64,000 nucleotides of DNA from Candidatus Yanofskybacteria bacterium. GTDB taxonomy: Bacteria > Patescibacteriota > Minisyncoccia > 2-02-FULL-40-12 > IGHO2-01-FULL-4-A. The notes under the pieces are model-generated. The model had not been told where the DNA came from. It did no database searches and saw only the letters and a list, made by a program, of their open reading frames with translations. The stretch lies in NCBI GenBank assembly GCA_016181175.1, contig JACOZV010000004.1, positions 7,718 through 71,717 on the forward strand, read 5' to 3'. Position numbers and translations under genes: made by a program. Within the stretch, counting starts at the first letter, position 1; every line of letters starts with the position of its first letter. This document shows, in pieces, positions 18,169-28,822 of the stretch.

Positions 18169-18294
18169 AAATAAAAGACTGGTTAATTTTATAATTTTTA
18201 ATTTTATAATTTTGTAAATAATTTCTAATGTTTAAAAATTAAAAACATTAAGATTTATTTAAAAATTAAAAATTGGAAATTAAAAATTACAAAA

Positions 18295-18852
18295 ATGCAA
18301 TTAGACCATCGTGCTTTATTTTTAAAATCTGGCACAAGCGGGTTAAATGCGCCGGGCGGTAAATCATCTGGGCCGGTTTTTGAGTTTGGCCCCGGTTGGG
18401 GAAGCAAAATAAAAAAGTGGTTTAAAAAATATATTCTCGGCGGTCACTGCACGCTCTGTCGGGCAACGCGTTATGTTCTTCTTTTTGGTCTGGTACTTCT
18501 GGTATTTGGCGGACCACAATTGAAGTCGCTGCTGGACAGCAAAAAACAGCAAGCCCTAATAAGTGAAACGAGAATAACCGAAACGGCTCAATCCGGCGAC
18601 AGTAAAATCAAAATGGCCCGCCGCGCCCTTACGGGTTATCTTAACAAATTCACCGACACGACCGTTACAAACGGCCAGAGAGTTTTCATTGAAACAGTAT
18701 TGAGCCAAACAATAACTGACGAATTGAAACCTGGCGCTCAAATAGATTTTGATTTTAAAAGCGTTGAGACCCTTATAGAGCAGTCACGCTTACTCACTCC
18801 TTCCCAGCTCCAAAAATGGGAGGACTACGCCAAAAAGGTGAAGTTTTATTAA
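18295..18852 (+). CDS. hypothetical membrane-anchored protein
   Basis: A single TM helix (YVLLFGLVLLVFGG) followed by a soluble domain. Confidence 0.5.
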   Translation: MQLDHRALFLKSGTSGLNAPGGKSSGPVFEFGPGWGSKIKKWFKKYILGGHCTLCRATRYVLLFGLVLLVFGGPQLKSLLDSKKQQALISETRITETAQSGDSKIKMARRALTGYLNKFTDTTVTNGQRVFIETVLSQTITDELKPGAQIDFDFKSVETLIEQSRLLTPSQLQKWEDYAKKVKFY

Positions 18853-18856
18853 ATCA

Positions 18857-18882
18857 AAACCCGCCTTATGGCGGGTTTTGAT
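18857..18882. terminator. bidirectional terminator aaaacccgcc-ttat-ggcgggtttt
   Basis: Perfect stem with flanking A/T runs between convergent genes. Confidence 0.7.
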
Positions 18883-19568
18883 TACTCTTTTTTCTCTGAC
18901 GACACCGGTGCTTCTTCCGCAACTTCCTCTTCGGGTTTTTCTTTCTTAATAACCTCAACCTCCTCCGGCGCGGTCGTAACCGGTGTCTCAAGTTGAGCCT
19001 TGAGTTCTTCTTCGGAAATCGGTTCCTGTACCAAAGCCACTATAACTTCGGGTTCAACCTTCACCTCAAGTTTTTTTGAGATTGATAAATCTTTTACCAA
19101 AATTTGGCTTTTAAATTCCGCGAGTACAGAGATATCTACATCGATCTGGTGGGGCAAATCTTGCGGAAAACCCTCAACTTCTATTTCAGACAGGTTTTTC
19201 ACTAAAATTCCGCCCAAGCCCTTAACCGCTGGGGATTCACCTATAAAATTAAGCTGAATTTTTGCATGTATTTTTTCATCCAAACGCACTTTATAAAAAT
19301 CTGCGTGCAAAAAAATATCATTTAACGGGTCACGAACAACATCGTGAATAATAGTAGGATGATCCTGTCCATCAACATTGAGATAAATTACAGTGGATTC
19401 ACCGGCTTCAGTATAAACCCGCTCAAATTCATTAACTGGCACCTGAATTGATAGTGGCTTAAAACCGTGACCATAAACTACGGCCGGCACAAAACCGCGT
19501 CGTCTAAGCGACTTCACCTGCCTGCCAATAATACTTCTCGGTTCCGCTTGTAGTATAACTCTTTCCAT
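18882..19568 (-). CDS. rplY: 50S ribosomal protein L25 / general stress protein Ctc
   Basis: MERVILQAEPRSIIGRQVKSLRRRGFVPAVVYGHG...FLHADFYKV is the L25 N-domain. It is followed by a C-terminal acidic extension. Confidence 0.85.
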   Translation of the reverse strand: MERVILQAEPRSIIGRQVKSLRRRGFVPAVVYGHGFKPLSIQVPVNEFERVYTEAGESTVIYLNVDGQDHPTIIHDVVRDPLNDIFLHADFYKVRLDEKIHAKIQLNFIGESPAVKGLGGILVKNLSEIEVEGFPQDLPHQIDVDISVLAEFKSQILVKDLSISKKLEVKVEPEVIVALVQEPISEEELKAQLETPVTTAPEEVEVIKKEKPEEEVAEEAPVSSEKKE

Positions 19569-19779
19569 TTGTGACGGGACTTACACGCTTAACTTAAGAA
19601 GCCCGAAATCTTATGGGCTTTGCTTGAGTTAAGCCCTACGGGTTTGTCCAATTTCTTCGTTAAAACCTCCGCTTCTCGCTCACCATAGTTCTGCTATGAC
19701 TCGCTTCGATGCTCGGTTTTGCCTTGAACTTCGCCAACCGCGTAAGCCCAGAATTATTAACTTAACACGGAAAAAATAA

Positions 19780-21086
<1,307 letters not shown>

Positions 21087-21088
21087 GT

Positions 21089-21274
21089 CTAGTTACCCTT
21101 CTTTCCCCAGACATACAGATATAAAATATCCAATACACCCAAAGTGTTAACTAATAACAGCACAACAAACCATCGCTTGTTGCGGTTTTGTGCCGCTCGC
21201 CAAAGGGCCCAACCTTTCCACGGCAAACTCCATATTGCCGCCACAACCATAATAACTAAAAATAATTTACTCAT
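21089..21274 (-). CDS. small membrane protein (two TM helices)
   Basis: MSKLFLVIMVVAAIWSLPWKGWALWRAAQNRNKRWFVVLLLVNTLGVLDILYLYVWGKK. Confidence 0.5.
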   Translation of the reverse strand: MSKLFLVIMVVAAIWSLPWKGWALWRAAQNRNKRWFVVLLLVNTLGVLDILYLYVWGKKGN

Positions 21275-21313
21275 ATGAAAAGTATACCACGTTTGTTAAA
21301 AATTAAACATTAA

Positions 21314-21946
21314 ATGTGCAACCGGGTCAACTGTTGGCAAGCCAGTAATGGCATGCTTAAATGCACACAACATGAATCCCGAACGAGACAGCCTTCGCCA
21401 ACAACAAGGAAGGGTTACAATGGCTATTTAATCGGGAATAATAAAGTTATTTTTAATAGGCACGGAAATGATTTACACAACAAATCATTTCCTGTCTCGT
21501 ACGGGATGAAACTCCTCGGCCGCGCCTACAAGCAAAAAAATGGCTGGACCTGCGGCCCAGCGGTAACCAAAATAATCCTGAATTATTCAGGCAAAACTTG
21601 CCTGGACACCAACTTGGCTAAAGAACTTAAAACCACACCGTCGGGAACTTCAAATAGTCAATTAGTTAAATTTCTAAAAAAGAAAGGTGTAAAATTTAGA
21701 GTAAGAGAGGGAGCGAGCCTAGACGCCCTGAAAAGGTTCTCAAAAAAAAGTTTGGTTCTAGTTACTTATTGGATTCCCAACCACAAAGAACATCATTACT
21801 CAATCGTAAAAAAAGTTTCCTCAAAAAGAATTTATTTCCACGACACCTGGTTCGGCGCCAACCACAGTTATACTATTGGACACTTCCGCAAAAATTGGTG
21901 GGATGATGAAGCTAAAAGCAGCTGGCTATTGGCTGTTAAAAAATAG
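21314..21946 (+). CDS. papain-like (C39-type) cysteine peptidase domain protein
   Basis: NGWTCGPAVTKIIL is a Cys box, with HYSIV...D downstream. The N-terminal 60 aa look non-protein-like, so the true start may be the Met at about 21503. Confidence 0.45.
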   Translation: MCNRVNCWQASNGMLKCTQHESRTRQPSPTTRKGYNGYLIGNNKVIFNRHGNDLHNKSFPVSYGMKLLGRAYKQKNGWTCGPAVTKIILNYSGKTCLDTNLAKELKTTPSGTSNSQLVKFLKKKGVKFRVREGASLDALKRFSKKSLVLVTYWIPNHKEHHYSIVKKVSSKRIYFHDTWFGANHSYTIGHFRKNWWDDEAKSSWLLAVKK

Positions 21947-21975
21947 CCCAGACAAATCGTCTGGGCTATTTTTTA
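21942..21975. terminator. bidirectional terminator aatagcccagac-aaatc-gtctgggctatt + T-run
   Basis: Read directly. Confidence 0.7.
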
Positions 21976-22583
21976 TATTGGACAACTTTGCCGGCCTTAA
22001 TCTCTGTTGGGTCGGCACTGCGGAATGAGGCAATGGTTTTTTTGTCGGCAATTTTTTGGTGAAGACAGTCGCATAACGCCTCGGCAATATGCCAAGGGTC
22101 TTTTTCAGCGGTTATCCAGTCGCTACCGAATTTTCTCAAATCAAGCGGCCTGGAATATTCCCTCAAATTCTTCCGGCCGACATTATCAAAGTATTCGTGG
22201 AAATAGGACATCGCTAACTCACGAATGCTTTTATAAACCGGCTCACGATAACGCAAAACAGCGTGGTTGGTCTTGCTGATCGCGCCCCAGTAACCACCGC
22301 GCTTGAAAAGCGTAACTACATGATCAAAATCCCTGTCAGCCGCACTCAAATCTAAAAGCAACGGCCTCTCGCCATGAAACCAAAGCACCGCTGACGCAAA
22401 CATAGCCCCCTCAATACAGTGCGCCTTATTTTTACGGAGCATAACCCGGGGCGACATGCAGGTATCTTTTTTGTGATCAAAATTTATAGGAATCGCTTCC
22501 AGAAAATCTTGTATTTTTTGGGGCGTATTTAATTTCCTGAAAATTTTTAGTTCTTCTGGATTTAGGAAAGAAAAGTTATCCAT
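21966..22583 (-). CDS. transglutaminase-like (Cys-His-Asp) superfamily protein
   Basis: KAHCIEGAMFASAVLWFHGERPLLL resembles the C-E-x-x-A-x-x-F-x-A-L-L-R...G-I-P-A-R core. A DFDH follows downstream. Confidence 0.4.
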   Translation of the reverse strand: MDNFSFLNPEELKIFRKLNTPQKIQDFLEAIPINFDHKKDTCMSPRVMLRKNKAHCIEGAMFASAVLWFHGERPLLLDLSAADRDFDHVVTLFKRGGYWGAISKTNHAVLRYREPVYKSIRELAMSYFHEYFDNVGRKNLREYSRPLDLRKFGSDWITAEKDPWHIAEALCDCLHQKIADKKTIASFRSADPTEIKAGKVVQYKK

Positions 22584-22701
22584 AAAATAACAAATTGTGC
22601 TAATTTCATATTAAATATAGCACAAACAAAATAGGATTGACCAACAATAAAAAATAATTTATTCTTTCGTGATAGATAACGCACATTTAAAAGGAGTTTA
22701 G

Positions 22702-23817
22702 ATGATAAAACAAGAAATCGAACGGCGTTTTTTGGTTAAAAAAATTAACCTGCCGCTAATGCTTTCCTGCGAAGACGGCTGTAAAAAAATACAGCAGGGA
22801 TACCTTGAACTGCCCGAACAGACAAAATCATTTAGGGTAAGATTGGCCAGTGAAGGAAAGTCAATTTTGGCAACAGCGACAATCAAAACCGGCTCGGGGT
22901 TGGTGCGCGAGGAAGGCCAGTTTAAAATAGATCGCCTTTTTGCGGAACACCTGCTAATGGCATGCCATCATCATCTTACAAAAACTAGGCATAAGGTTAA
23001 CGGCTGGGAAGTTGATTTTTATGATGAACCTTTGAAAGGAATTATTATCGCGGAAAAAGAATTGGCATCCGCAGACGAAAAAGTAGAACTGCCGCCATGG
23101 ATTATGGAAGCTACCGAGGTAACCGACAAGTTATCAAATTTACATCTTGCCAGACTAGCAAGTGAGTTGCGTGGCATTAACGGCCAAATTGCCTTGAATC
23201 ACACGAGAGAACTGCAAAAAGATATTTGCCGAATGGCCATAATTGGTCCCCCTTGTTCTGGTAAAAGTAGCATCTTGGAAATATTTAAAAAAAAGAGACC
23301 TGAAATATATTTTATTCCAGAAACGGCTTCAATGGTAATCCATCAACTTGGCATAAAACCAAGTGGCGATAGGGTCGCTAACCGCAGATTTCAGCTGACG
23401 GTATATCAAACTCAAAAAAATTTTGAAACGCTATCAATTCAATTCGCCAAATTAGAAAACAAAAAAGCAATTGCAGTAGATCGTGGCACACTGGATAACG
23501 CGGCGTATCTCAATGGCGGCTTGAAAGAATTTTTGAGTTTTTTCAAAACAAGCGTGGAACAAGAATATGCCCGATACGACGCCGTCATATATCTAGGTCC
23601 GCCACCAAAGCATATATTTGAAAAGGACCGCTTAAAAAATCCTGCCCGCTACGAAAAAAATTACGAAGAAATAGCACAAAGACACCGCGAGCTGTTCCGA
23701 TTGTGGAGCAAACACCCTGCATTTTTTTACATAGGATCCAAACTAAACTGGGAAGAAAAAGTTGATGAAGTTCGCTCGATAATAAAAAATATTTTAAGTA
23801 AAGGGGGGAGACAATGA
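22702..23817 (+). CDS. CYTH (triphosphate tunnel) domain fused to a P-loop NTPase/kinase domain (AAA_28/NadR-kinase-like)
   Basis: The N-terminus EIERRFLV...IQQGYL...FRVRL is CYTH. The Walker A is IIGPPCSGKSS, followed by a nucleoside-kinase-like region. Confidence 0.6.
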   Translation: MIKQEIERRFLVKKINLPLMLSCEDGCKKIQQGYLELPEQTKSFRVRLASEGKSILATATIKTGSGLVREEGQFKIDRLFAEHLLMACHHHLTKTRHKVNGWEVDFYDEPLKGIIIAEKELASADEKVELPPWIMEATEVTDKLSNLHLARLASELRGINGQIALNHTRELQKDICRMAIIGPPCSGKSSILEIFKKKRPEIYFIPETASMVIHQLGIKPSGDRVANRRFQLTVYQTQKNFETLSIQFAKLENKKAIAVDRGTLDNAAYLNGGLKEFLSFFKTSVEQEYARYDAVIYLGPPPKHIFEKDRLKNPARYEKNYEEIAQRHRELFRLWSKHPAFFYIGSKLNWEEKVDEVRSIIKNILSKGGRQ

Positions 23818-24551
23818 AGTCCGGCATTCCAAACCATATTGCTATCATACCGGACGGCAACCGGCGCTGGGCAAAATCTAAAGGACGGCCATCAGTAATG
23901 GGTCACCTGGAAGGTAAAAAACGATTTCACGAAATCAGCAAAATTGCGTTTAATCTCGGCATCCCCTATTTCACGTTTTGGGCAATGTCCGAAGACAACT
24001 ATAGAAAAAGGTGTGCCACTGAAATAGATTATTTGGTTTCTTTGCTAAAGAAAGGTCTAAACGGCCGCTTAACAAAAGACCTGTTTGAAAAACAAATCAG
24101 GTTCAAGGTTTTTGGCAAATGGAAAGAACTTACCGCCACCAGAGTTTTGGCTGATTTAATCAAGAACCTTGAGATGCGGACTGCAAATTTTGACAAACAC
24201 CACCTTACTCTCCTGTTGGGATACGACGGGAAACAAGAATTAGTCGAAGCTTTTCAAATCCAAGCGAAAATGAGAAATTGGCAACCACAAAACGCATGGC
24301 AACCTGGAGAATTAGATTTTCAAAAAATTAAGGCAACACTTTGGACGAGAGAACTGCCACCGGTAGATCTTGTTATCAGGACCGGCGAAACAAAAGAACA
24401 TTGGTTTCACAACAGTTCGGGTTTTATGATGTTGCACACCACCGATTCGGAAATTTATATATCACCCACCCTCTGGCCAGATTTTTCTGAAGAAGAGTTT
24501 AAAAAAATAATTGAAGAGTACGGCCAGCGAGAAAGAAAATTAGGAAAATAA
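23814..24551 (+). CDS. uppS: undecaprenyl diphosphate synthase (cis-prenyltransferase)
   Basis: HIAIIPDGNRRWA, IRTGETKEHWFHNS and WPDF motifs. Confidence 0.85.
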   Translation: MKSGIPNHIAIIPDGNRRWAKSKGRPSVMGHLEGKKRFHEISKIAFNLGIPYFTFWAMSEDNYRKRCATEIDYLVSLLKKGLNGRLTKDLFEKQIRFKVFGKWKELTATRVLADLIKNLEMRTANFDKHHLTLLLGYDGKQELVEAFQIQAKMRNWQPQNAWQPGELDFQKIKATLWTRELPPVDLVIRTGETKEHWFHNSSGFMMLHTTDSEIYISPTLWPDFSEEEFKKIIEEYGQRERKLGK

Positions 24552-24574
24552 AAGCGCGAGAAACGCGCTTTTTG
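24551..24574. terminator. terminator aaagcgcg-agaaa-cgcgcttttt
   Basis: Read directly. Confidence 0.7.
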
Positions 24575-24588
24575 TTTAGGCATAATAG

Positions 24589-25065
24589 TTAGCCAAGCCA
24601 GAAACGTAATTTTGGAAATTTGGAACAAATTGGCAACCTTGAACACCAATTTTCCAGACCCCAAACACGACCCGCCCGGATTGTAGCAAGAAATAGCAAC
24701 ACCGAAATATAAATTATATGCTCATCTACTATGAACGAATGGGCATTGGGGTACGGGAATTGCAAAATCGGAAAATAATATAGGAGCATAAGCACTGCCC
24801 CCAGAACCGAACTCAACCTAACAAAGATTCCAAAAATAAGAGCTAGGCCCAACAGCGTAAGACCCCACTCGTTCACAAGATTAGTAAACGGTAAAATATC
24901 GGGTCGTAAAAACCAATTATAAAACCCAGTAAAAGTTTTGGCATTGCCAAGATAGCCAGCCGCCGACCATGTCGGGTCAACAACCTTTATGATCCCGGCG
25001 TAAAACATAAGCCAACCCATTGAAATGCGAAGCAAAAATAAACAAATTTTTTGAAATTTATTCAT
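24589..25065 (-). CDS. DoxX family membrane protein
   Basis: LRISMGWLMFYAGIIKV... with four TM helices, typical of DoxX. Confidence 0.55.
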   Translation of the reverse strand: MNKFQKICLFLLRISMGWLMFYAGIIKVVDPTWSAAGYLGNAKTFTGFYNWFLRPDILPFTNLVNEWGLTLLGLALIFGIFVRLSSVLGAVLMLLYYFPILQFPYPNAHSFIVDEHIIYISVLLFLATIRAGRVWGLENWCSRLPICSKFPKLRFWLG

Positions 25066-25834
25066 AAAACAATAAAAGAAAAAATATTAAGGCCGCTATA
25101 ACACGATAAATGCCGAACCCGATAAATGAATGGCGCTGTATCAAATTAAGCAGGAATTTTACACCTAGTAAAGCGGCGAAAAAGGAAATAACAAACCCTG
25201 CCGCCAACAAATGGAATTGGCTGGCTGAAAATCCGCCGGCATTCTTAAAAAGGTCGTAGCCAGTTGCGGCGGCCATGGTCGGAACAGCCAAAACAAAAGA
25301 AAATTCAACTATAGCTACGCGTTTTATCCCGGCAAACATCCCCCCTATTATAGTTGCCGCCGCCCGCGATACGCCGGGTATAACCGCCAACGATTGCGCG
25401 CAACCCACCATGAATGCTTGGGTATAAGTAATGTCTTTCATACTAGCGGCTGAAGTTTCTTTTTCTTTAAACAACAGTTCAAAAATTATTAAAATAATAC
25501 CACCCGCAAACAAGGAAATAATAATTACGAACAAACTTTCAAATAAAACTCCTTTGATTGTTTTATACAGCAAAAAACCTACCACGGCCGTCGGCAAAAA
25601 GGCCACTAATGTTTTTTTGCCTATTCCCGGGTTTATTACCAACCGCCACGCGTAAAGAAATACAACGGCCAATATCGCCCCCAGCTGAATAGCAATTGTG
25701 AAACTTTTCATAAACTCCGATCCGCCCAATTGAAACAACCGGGACGCTAAAATAAGATGGGCCGTTGATGAGATCGGCAAAAACTCCGTAAATCCCTCCA
25801 GAATCCCTAAAATAAAAAGCTGTATTATATCCAT
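25058..25834 (-). CDS. uppP: undecaprenyl-diphosphatase
   Basis: GILEGFTEFLPISSTAHLIL and a polytopic membrane profile. I take the start at the internal Met (25834). Confidence 0.85.
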   Translation of the reverse strand: MDIIQLFILGILEGFTEFLPISSTAHLILASRLFQLGGSEFMKSFTIAIQLGAILAVVFLYAWRLVINPGIGKKTLVAFLPTAVVGFLLYKTIKGVLFESLFVIIISLFAGGIILIIFELLFKEKETSAASMKDITYTQAFMVGCAQSLAVIPGVSRAAATIIGGMFAGIKRVAIVEFSFVLAVPTMAAATGYDLFKNAGGFSASQFHLLAAGFVISFFAALLGVKFLLNLIQRHSFIGFGIYRVIAALIFFLLLFYE

Positions 25835-25850
25835 ATCATTGAGACTGTTT

Positions 25851-26192
25851 TTAACTCCACAAATAATGCCAAATGAAAAATAAAAACACAACCGAGAATC
25901 CGGCCAACGCGGTAATAATTAAAAATATCAGTCCCCCACGAATGGTATTGGGGTTTGCGCCCTTGGGCAATAAATAAAATATAGCCAATCCCCCGAAATA
26001 AACTATTAACGACAGCGCACTTTTGGTCAGCCAGTGGTGGCCTGTAAAACCGGCAAGCCAAGTCTTAAACGAAGGCGACAACTCACCCCAAATTGTAACT
26101 GCGGTGATAACAACAATAGAAAGAGCGGCGGCTATTGAAGATGAATAAGTTAGTTTAACCTTGTTCATAATATAACGACTTGCGATGTCCAA
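25851..26192 (-). CDS. hypothetical membrane protein (3-4 TM)
   Basis: Hydrophobic profile; the start may be the Met at 26168. Confidence 0.45.
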   Translation of the reverse strand: MDIASRYIMNKVKLTYSSSIAAALSIVVITAVTIWGELSPSFKTWLAGFTGHHWLTKSALSLIVYFGGLAIFYLLPKGANPNTIRGGLIFLIITALAGFSVVFLFFIWHYLWS

Positions 26193-26229
26193 ATATTAAA
26201 ACCCAATATGAGGACATCGCAAGTCGTGT

Positions 26230-26742
26230 CTAGCCCCAGCGAACGGCGGCGGATATAATAAATCCCATCGCGCCGATGGCTAATCCCAGAAAAGCAATAA
26301 ATCCGGCTAATAACATAGCCGTTTTGCGTAGCTTGAATTTTTCAAATTCTTCTTTATCTACAAACGCCAAAATCATTGCCGTTATTGCTAGTGGCAAAAT
26401 AAACAAAAAAATATGCTCTTTGGCTTCCATCGCGATAGCATGTGCCCAAGGCGCCGTTCCCTTTAGAATTACCGGCTTCACCATCTTGCCGTAATTAACA
26501 ACATAGTAATAACCGCCGAGTAGCCAGGTTAAAGCAAAACCGATTACGCCGATTATGGAAGCCCATTTAATTCTGGCATGATTTTGCGACTTGCCGGCTT
26601 GTCCAGCTCCAGTTTGGGACTGTCCAAACTGGAGCTGGACCAACTCCCCTAAGTACCACAAAAAAGCGTCTATGCCGGCAATTGCAAAAGCAAGGTGTAA
26701 TCCCACCAATACAGGTTTATATGTTAAAAATGAAAGTATCAT
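26230..26742 (-). CDS. hypothetical polytopic membrane protein
   Basis: Five TM helices. It contains a 40-nt perfect hairpin repeat at 26601..26640 encoding LVQLQFGQSQTGAGQAG. Confidence 0.5.
   Translation of the reverse strand: MILSFLTYKPVLVGLHLAFAIAGIDAFLWYLGELVQLQFGQSQTGAGQAGKSQNHARIKWASIIGVIGFALTWLLGGYYYVVNYGKMVKPVILKGTAPWAHAIAMEAKEHIFLFILPLAITAMILAFVDKEEFEKFKLRKTAMLLAGFIAFLGLAIGAMGFIISAAVRWG
26601..26640. repeat. perfect 17-bp inverted repeat with 6-nt spacer inside a CDS
   Basis: gtccagctccagtttgg-gactgt-ccaaactggagctggac. Confidence 0.9.
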
Positions 26743-26779
26743 TTTTTTATTATATCACATTAAACCAAGTTTATAGACG

Positions 26780-28609
26780 TTATGCGGCGCTATTTAAATA
26801 ATCAACTTCCATACGAGCACCGGAAATAATCGGCAGATAAGCCGCCAGTTGGCGTTTAAGGTATTCGATTTTTTTAGCTTTATCGTCCAGTAGATCAGCG
26901 GCATGGCGCATTTGCCCATAAAGCGATTCGACTTCTTCATTAAAATTTTGACCGCTGATTTCTAAAAATGATTCCTCCTTTTCTGTTTTGGCCTGTTCGG
27001 CAAGCACCTCCAGATCGGCCGCTCCTCCATCGGGAGTAGAGATCAGGATTGTATTGCCAAGAATATCCTTCTCCCATGAAGTGCCGCAGGCTTCGGTGCT
27101 AATACGTTCTCCCCTTCTCTCCCCTTCTTCAATTCTTACACGCGGCGTATTGAGCGCGACATCAGCTCCCTGCGCCAGAGCTTTTGCCAATACCTCGTTA
27201 TAATTTTTAACAAAGTGCACGCGTTTTTTAAGAATCGGATTGGCATCAATAACTTTAAAAATTCTTTTCAATTCCTCCTGCATCGGCTTGTCGGCCGAAT
27301 GCGCTTCTCCAGCCATTACCAGATAGGCATCTCGTTCTTCAAGAATACCAGCAAGTTCATCAGGACGTTCAAAAACCATACCTGGCCGTTTGTATTCCGC
27401 AATTCTTCGCTTCCAATCATATATTTTTGCCTCTTGCGGCACCACGACGGGCTCACCATATTGGTTTTTGTGTTTTTTTAAAACATCTCTCGCGATGGTG
27501 CGATCGCGTTCTTTTATTTCTTCCAATTTTTGAGCATCCATGGATTGTATTTTTTCCTTAAAATCGTCCAATACAAGATCAAATTCGTCAATAATGCCAT
27601 GCTCTCGATAATATGCAAGAAGTTCCCGATCTCCCCAGCGATCAAGCGCAATTCCATTAGTAATACCCTCAAATTCCACATTATTGCCGTGGATATCTTT
27701 GTATGTCTTGCCGGCTTCGCGTGCGTGAATCAAACTGACTCCATTCTTTTTGCCGGCAAGTTCTATCGCAAGAGTACTTAACTTGACCCTACCATCTCTA
27801 AATAATCCGCGAAGCCACTTTTTAACAGTGTCGCTTTGTATATTTGGCATTACAAAACGATCAAACTGATCAAGCGTAAATTCAGCTTCAGCGGCCTGTA
27901 CTAAAGTATGGTTAGTATAAATTGTGCCATCTTTTACGGCTCGCAATGCCTGCTCAAAATCGCCAACTACACGAACCTTCTCATCAAGGCACGCAAGAGC
28001 TGAAAAAACCGTAGCCGACTCATTGAGTTGCCGCACCGTTGGCTCCATTCCCATTTTCCTCATCGCCTGCCAACCGCCAAAACCCAATGATATTTCTTGA
28101 TAAAGACGGTGATCGCTATTGTTTTCACCCTGATAAAGCGCACCGAAGTTTTTCTCCGTGATTGTGAGTAATGTAACGCAACCCTCTTGTTTTTGGTATA
28201 CGCCCAATTCCGTAAAATCAGGTCTTCCACCCGCGACCTCTCTTACCGTAACTGACCAACCCGTAGGCTTAAATCCGCGTTTTTCCGGTTTTACGTTCGT
28301 TAGCTTGATTCTCTGTTCAAATTTCTTAAATCCCTGCGCTCTTTCTTTGGTATAAAAGGGGGTAATAAAAACAGCCGGAACTTGCTCTTTCTTTTTTACC
28401 TCAAGTGTGTCCGCCGCTAGAATTCCCAAACCTCCGCCGCCCCTTATACCGCTTCCGTAAAGTTCCATTGTAAAATAAGCCCATGGCGTTTCGGGGGTTA
28501 ACTTTTCTTTCAACTCCGGCCTGCCAATCCGTTCAAAAAACGACAGTCTTTTTTCACTTTCAATTTTCGTTTCCGGCTTTATCTCTGATTTTGGTTGTTC
28601 CAAAGACAT
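26780..28609 (-). CDS. alpha-glucan (glycogen/maltodextrin) phosphorylase, GT35 short type
   Basis: YFTMELYGSGIRGGGGLGILAADTL and the PLP-lysine region ISTEACGTSWEKDILGNTILISTPDG. Confidence 0.75.
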   Translation of the reverse strand: MSLEQPKSEIKPETKIESEKRLSFFERIGRPELKEKLTPETPWAYFTMELYGSGIRGGGGLGILAADTLEVKKKEQVPAVFITPFYTKERAQGFKKFEQRIKLTNVKPEKRGFKPTGWSVTVREVAGGRPDFTELGVYQKQEGCVTLLTITEKNFGALYQGENNSDHRLYQEISLGFGGWQAMRKMGMEPTVRQLNESATVFSALACLDEKVRVVGDFEQALRAVKDGTIYTNHTLVQAAEAEFTLDQFDRFVMPNIQSDTVKKWLRGLFRDGRVKLSTLAIELAGKKNGVSLIHAREAGKTYKDIHGNNVEFEGITNGIALDRWGDRELLAYYREHGIIDEFDLVLDDFKEKIQSMDAQKLEEIKERDRTIARDVLKKHKNQYGEPVVVPQEAKIYDWKRRIAEYKRPGMVFERPDELAGILEERDAYLVMAGEAHSADKPMQEELKRIFKVIDANPILKKRVHFVKNYNEVLAKALAQGADVALNTPRVRIEEGERRGERISTEACGTSWEKDILGNTILISTPDGGAADLEVLAEQAKTEKEESFLEISGQNFNEEVESLYGQMRHAADLLDDKAKKIEYLKRQLAAYLPIISGARMEVDYLNSAA

Positions 28610-28777
28610 ACTCCAATTCTATCACTCATTCTTCTTTATTTTCAAACCCCGTTAGAAGTAACTACTGCGTAGCTTTACACATAAGTTAAAACTGTTTTCA
28701 GCAAACTTTTTAAGTTATTTGATAGTTATTGAATACAAACCCGCTAGGGCTACTTCTAATGGGGTCAAACCCAAATT

Positions 28778-28806
28778 AAAAACCCACCAATTGGTGGGTA
28801 AAAAAT
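28778..28806. terminator. bidirectional terminator aaaaacccaccaattggtgggtaaaaaa
   Basis: A 9-bp palindromic stem flanked by A/T runs, 3' of nrdJ. Confidence 0.7.
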
Positions 28807-28822
28807 AAAAAATTAAATAATC

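Noticed and set aside
18169-18294. AT-rich repeat region (aaaattaaaaa motifs) upstream of ORF 18295 as a repeat element
   Set aside because: Simple AT-rich promoter-like sequence with short imperfect repeats only; no defined unit or symmetry beyond one weak palindrome.
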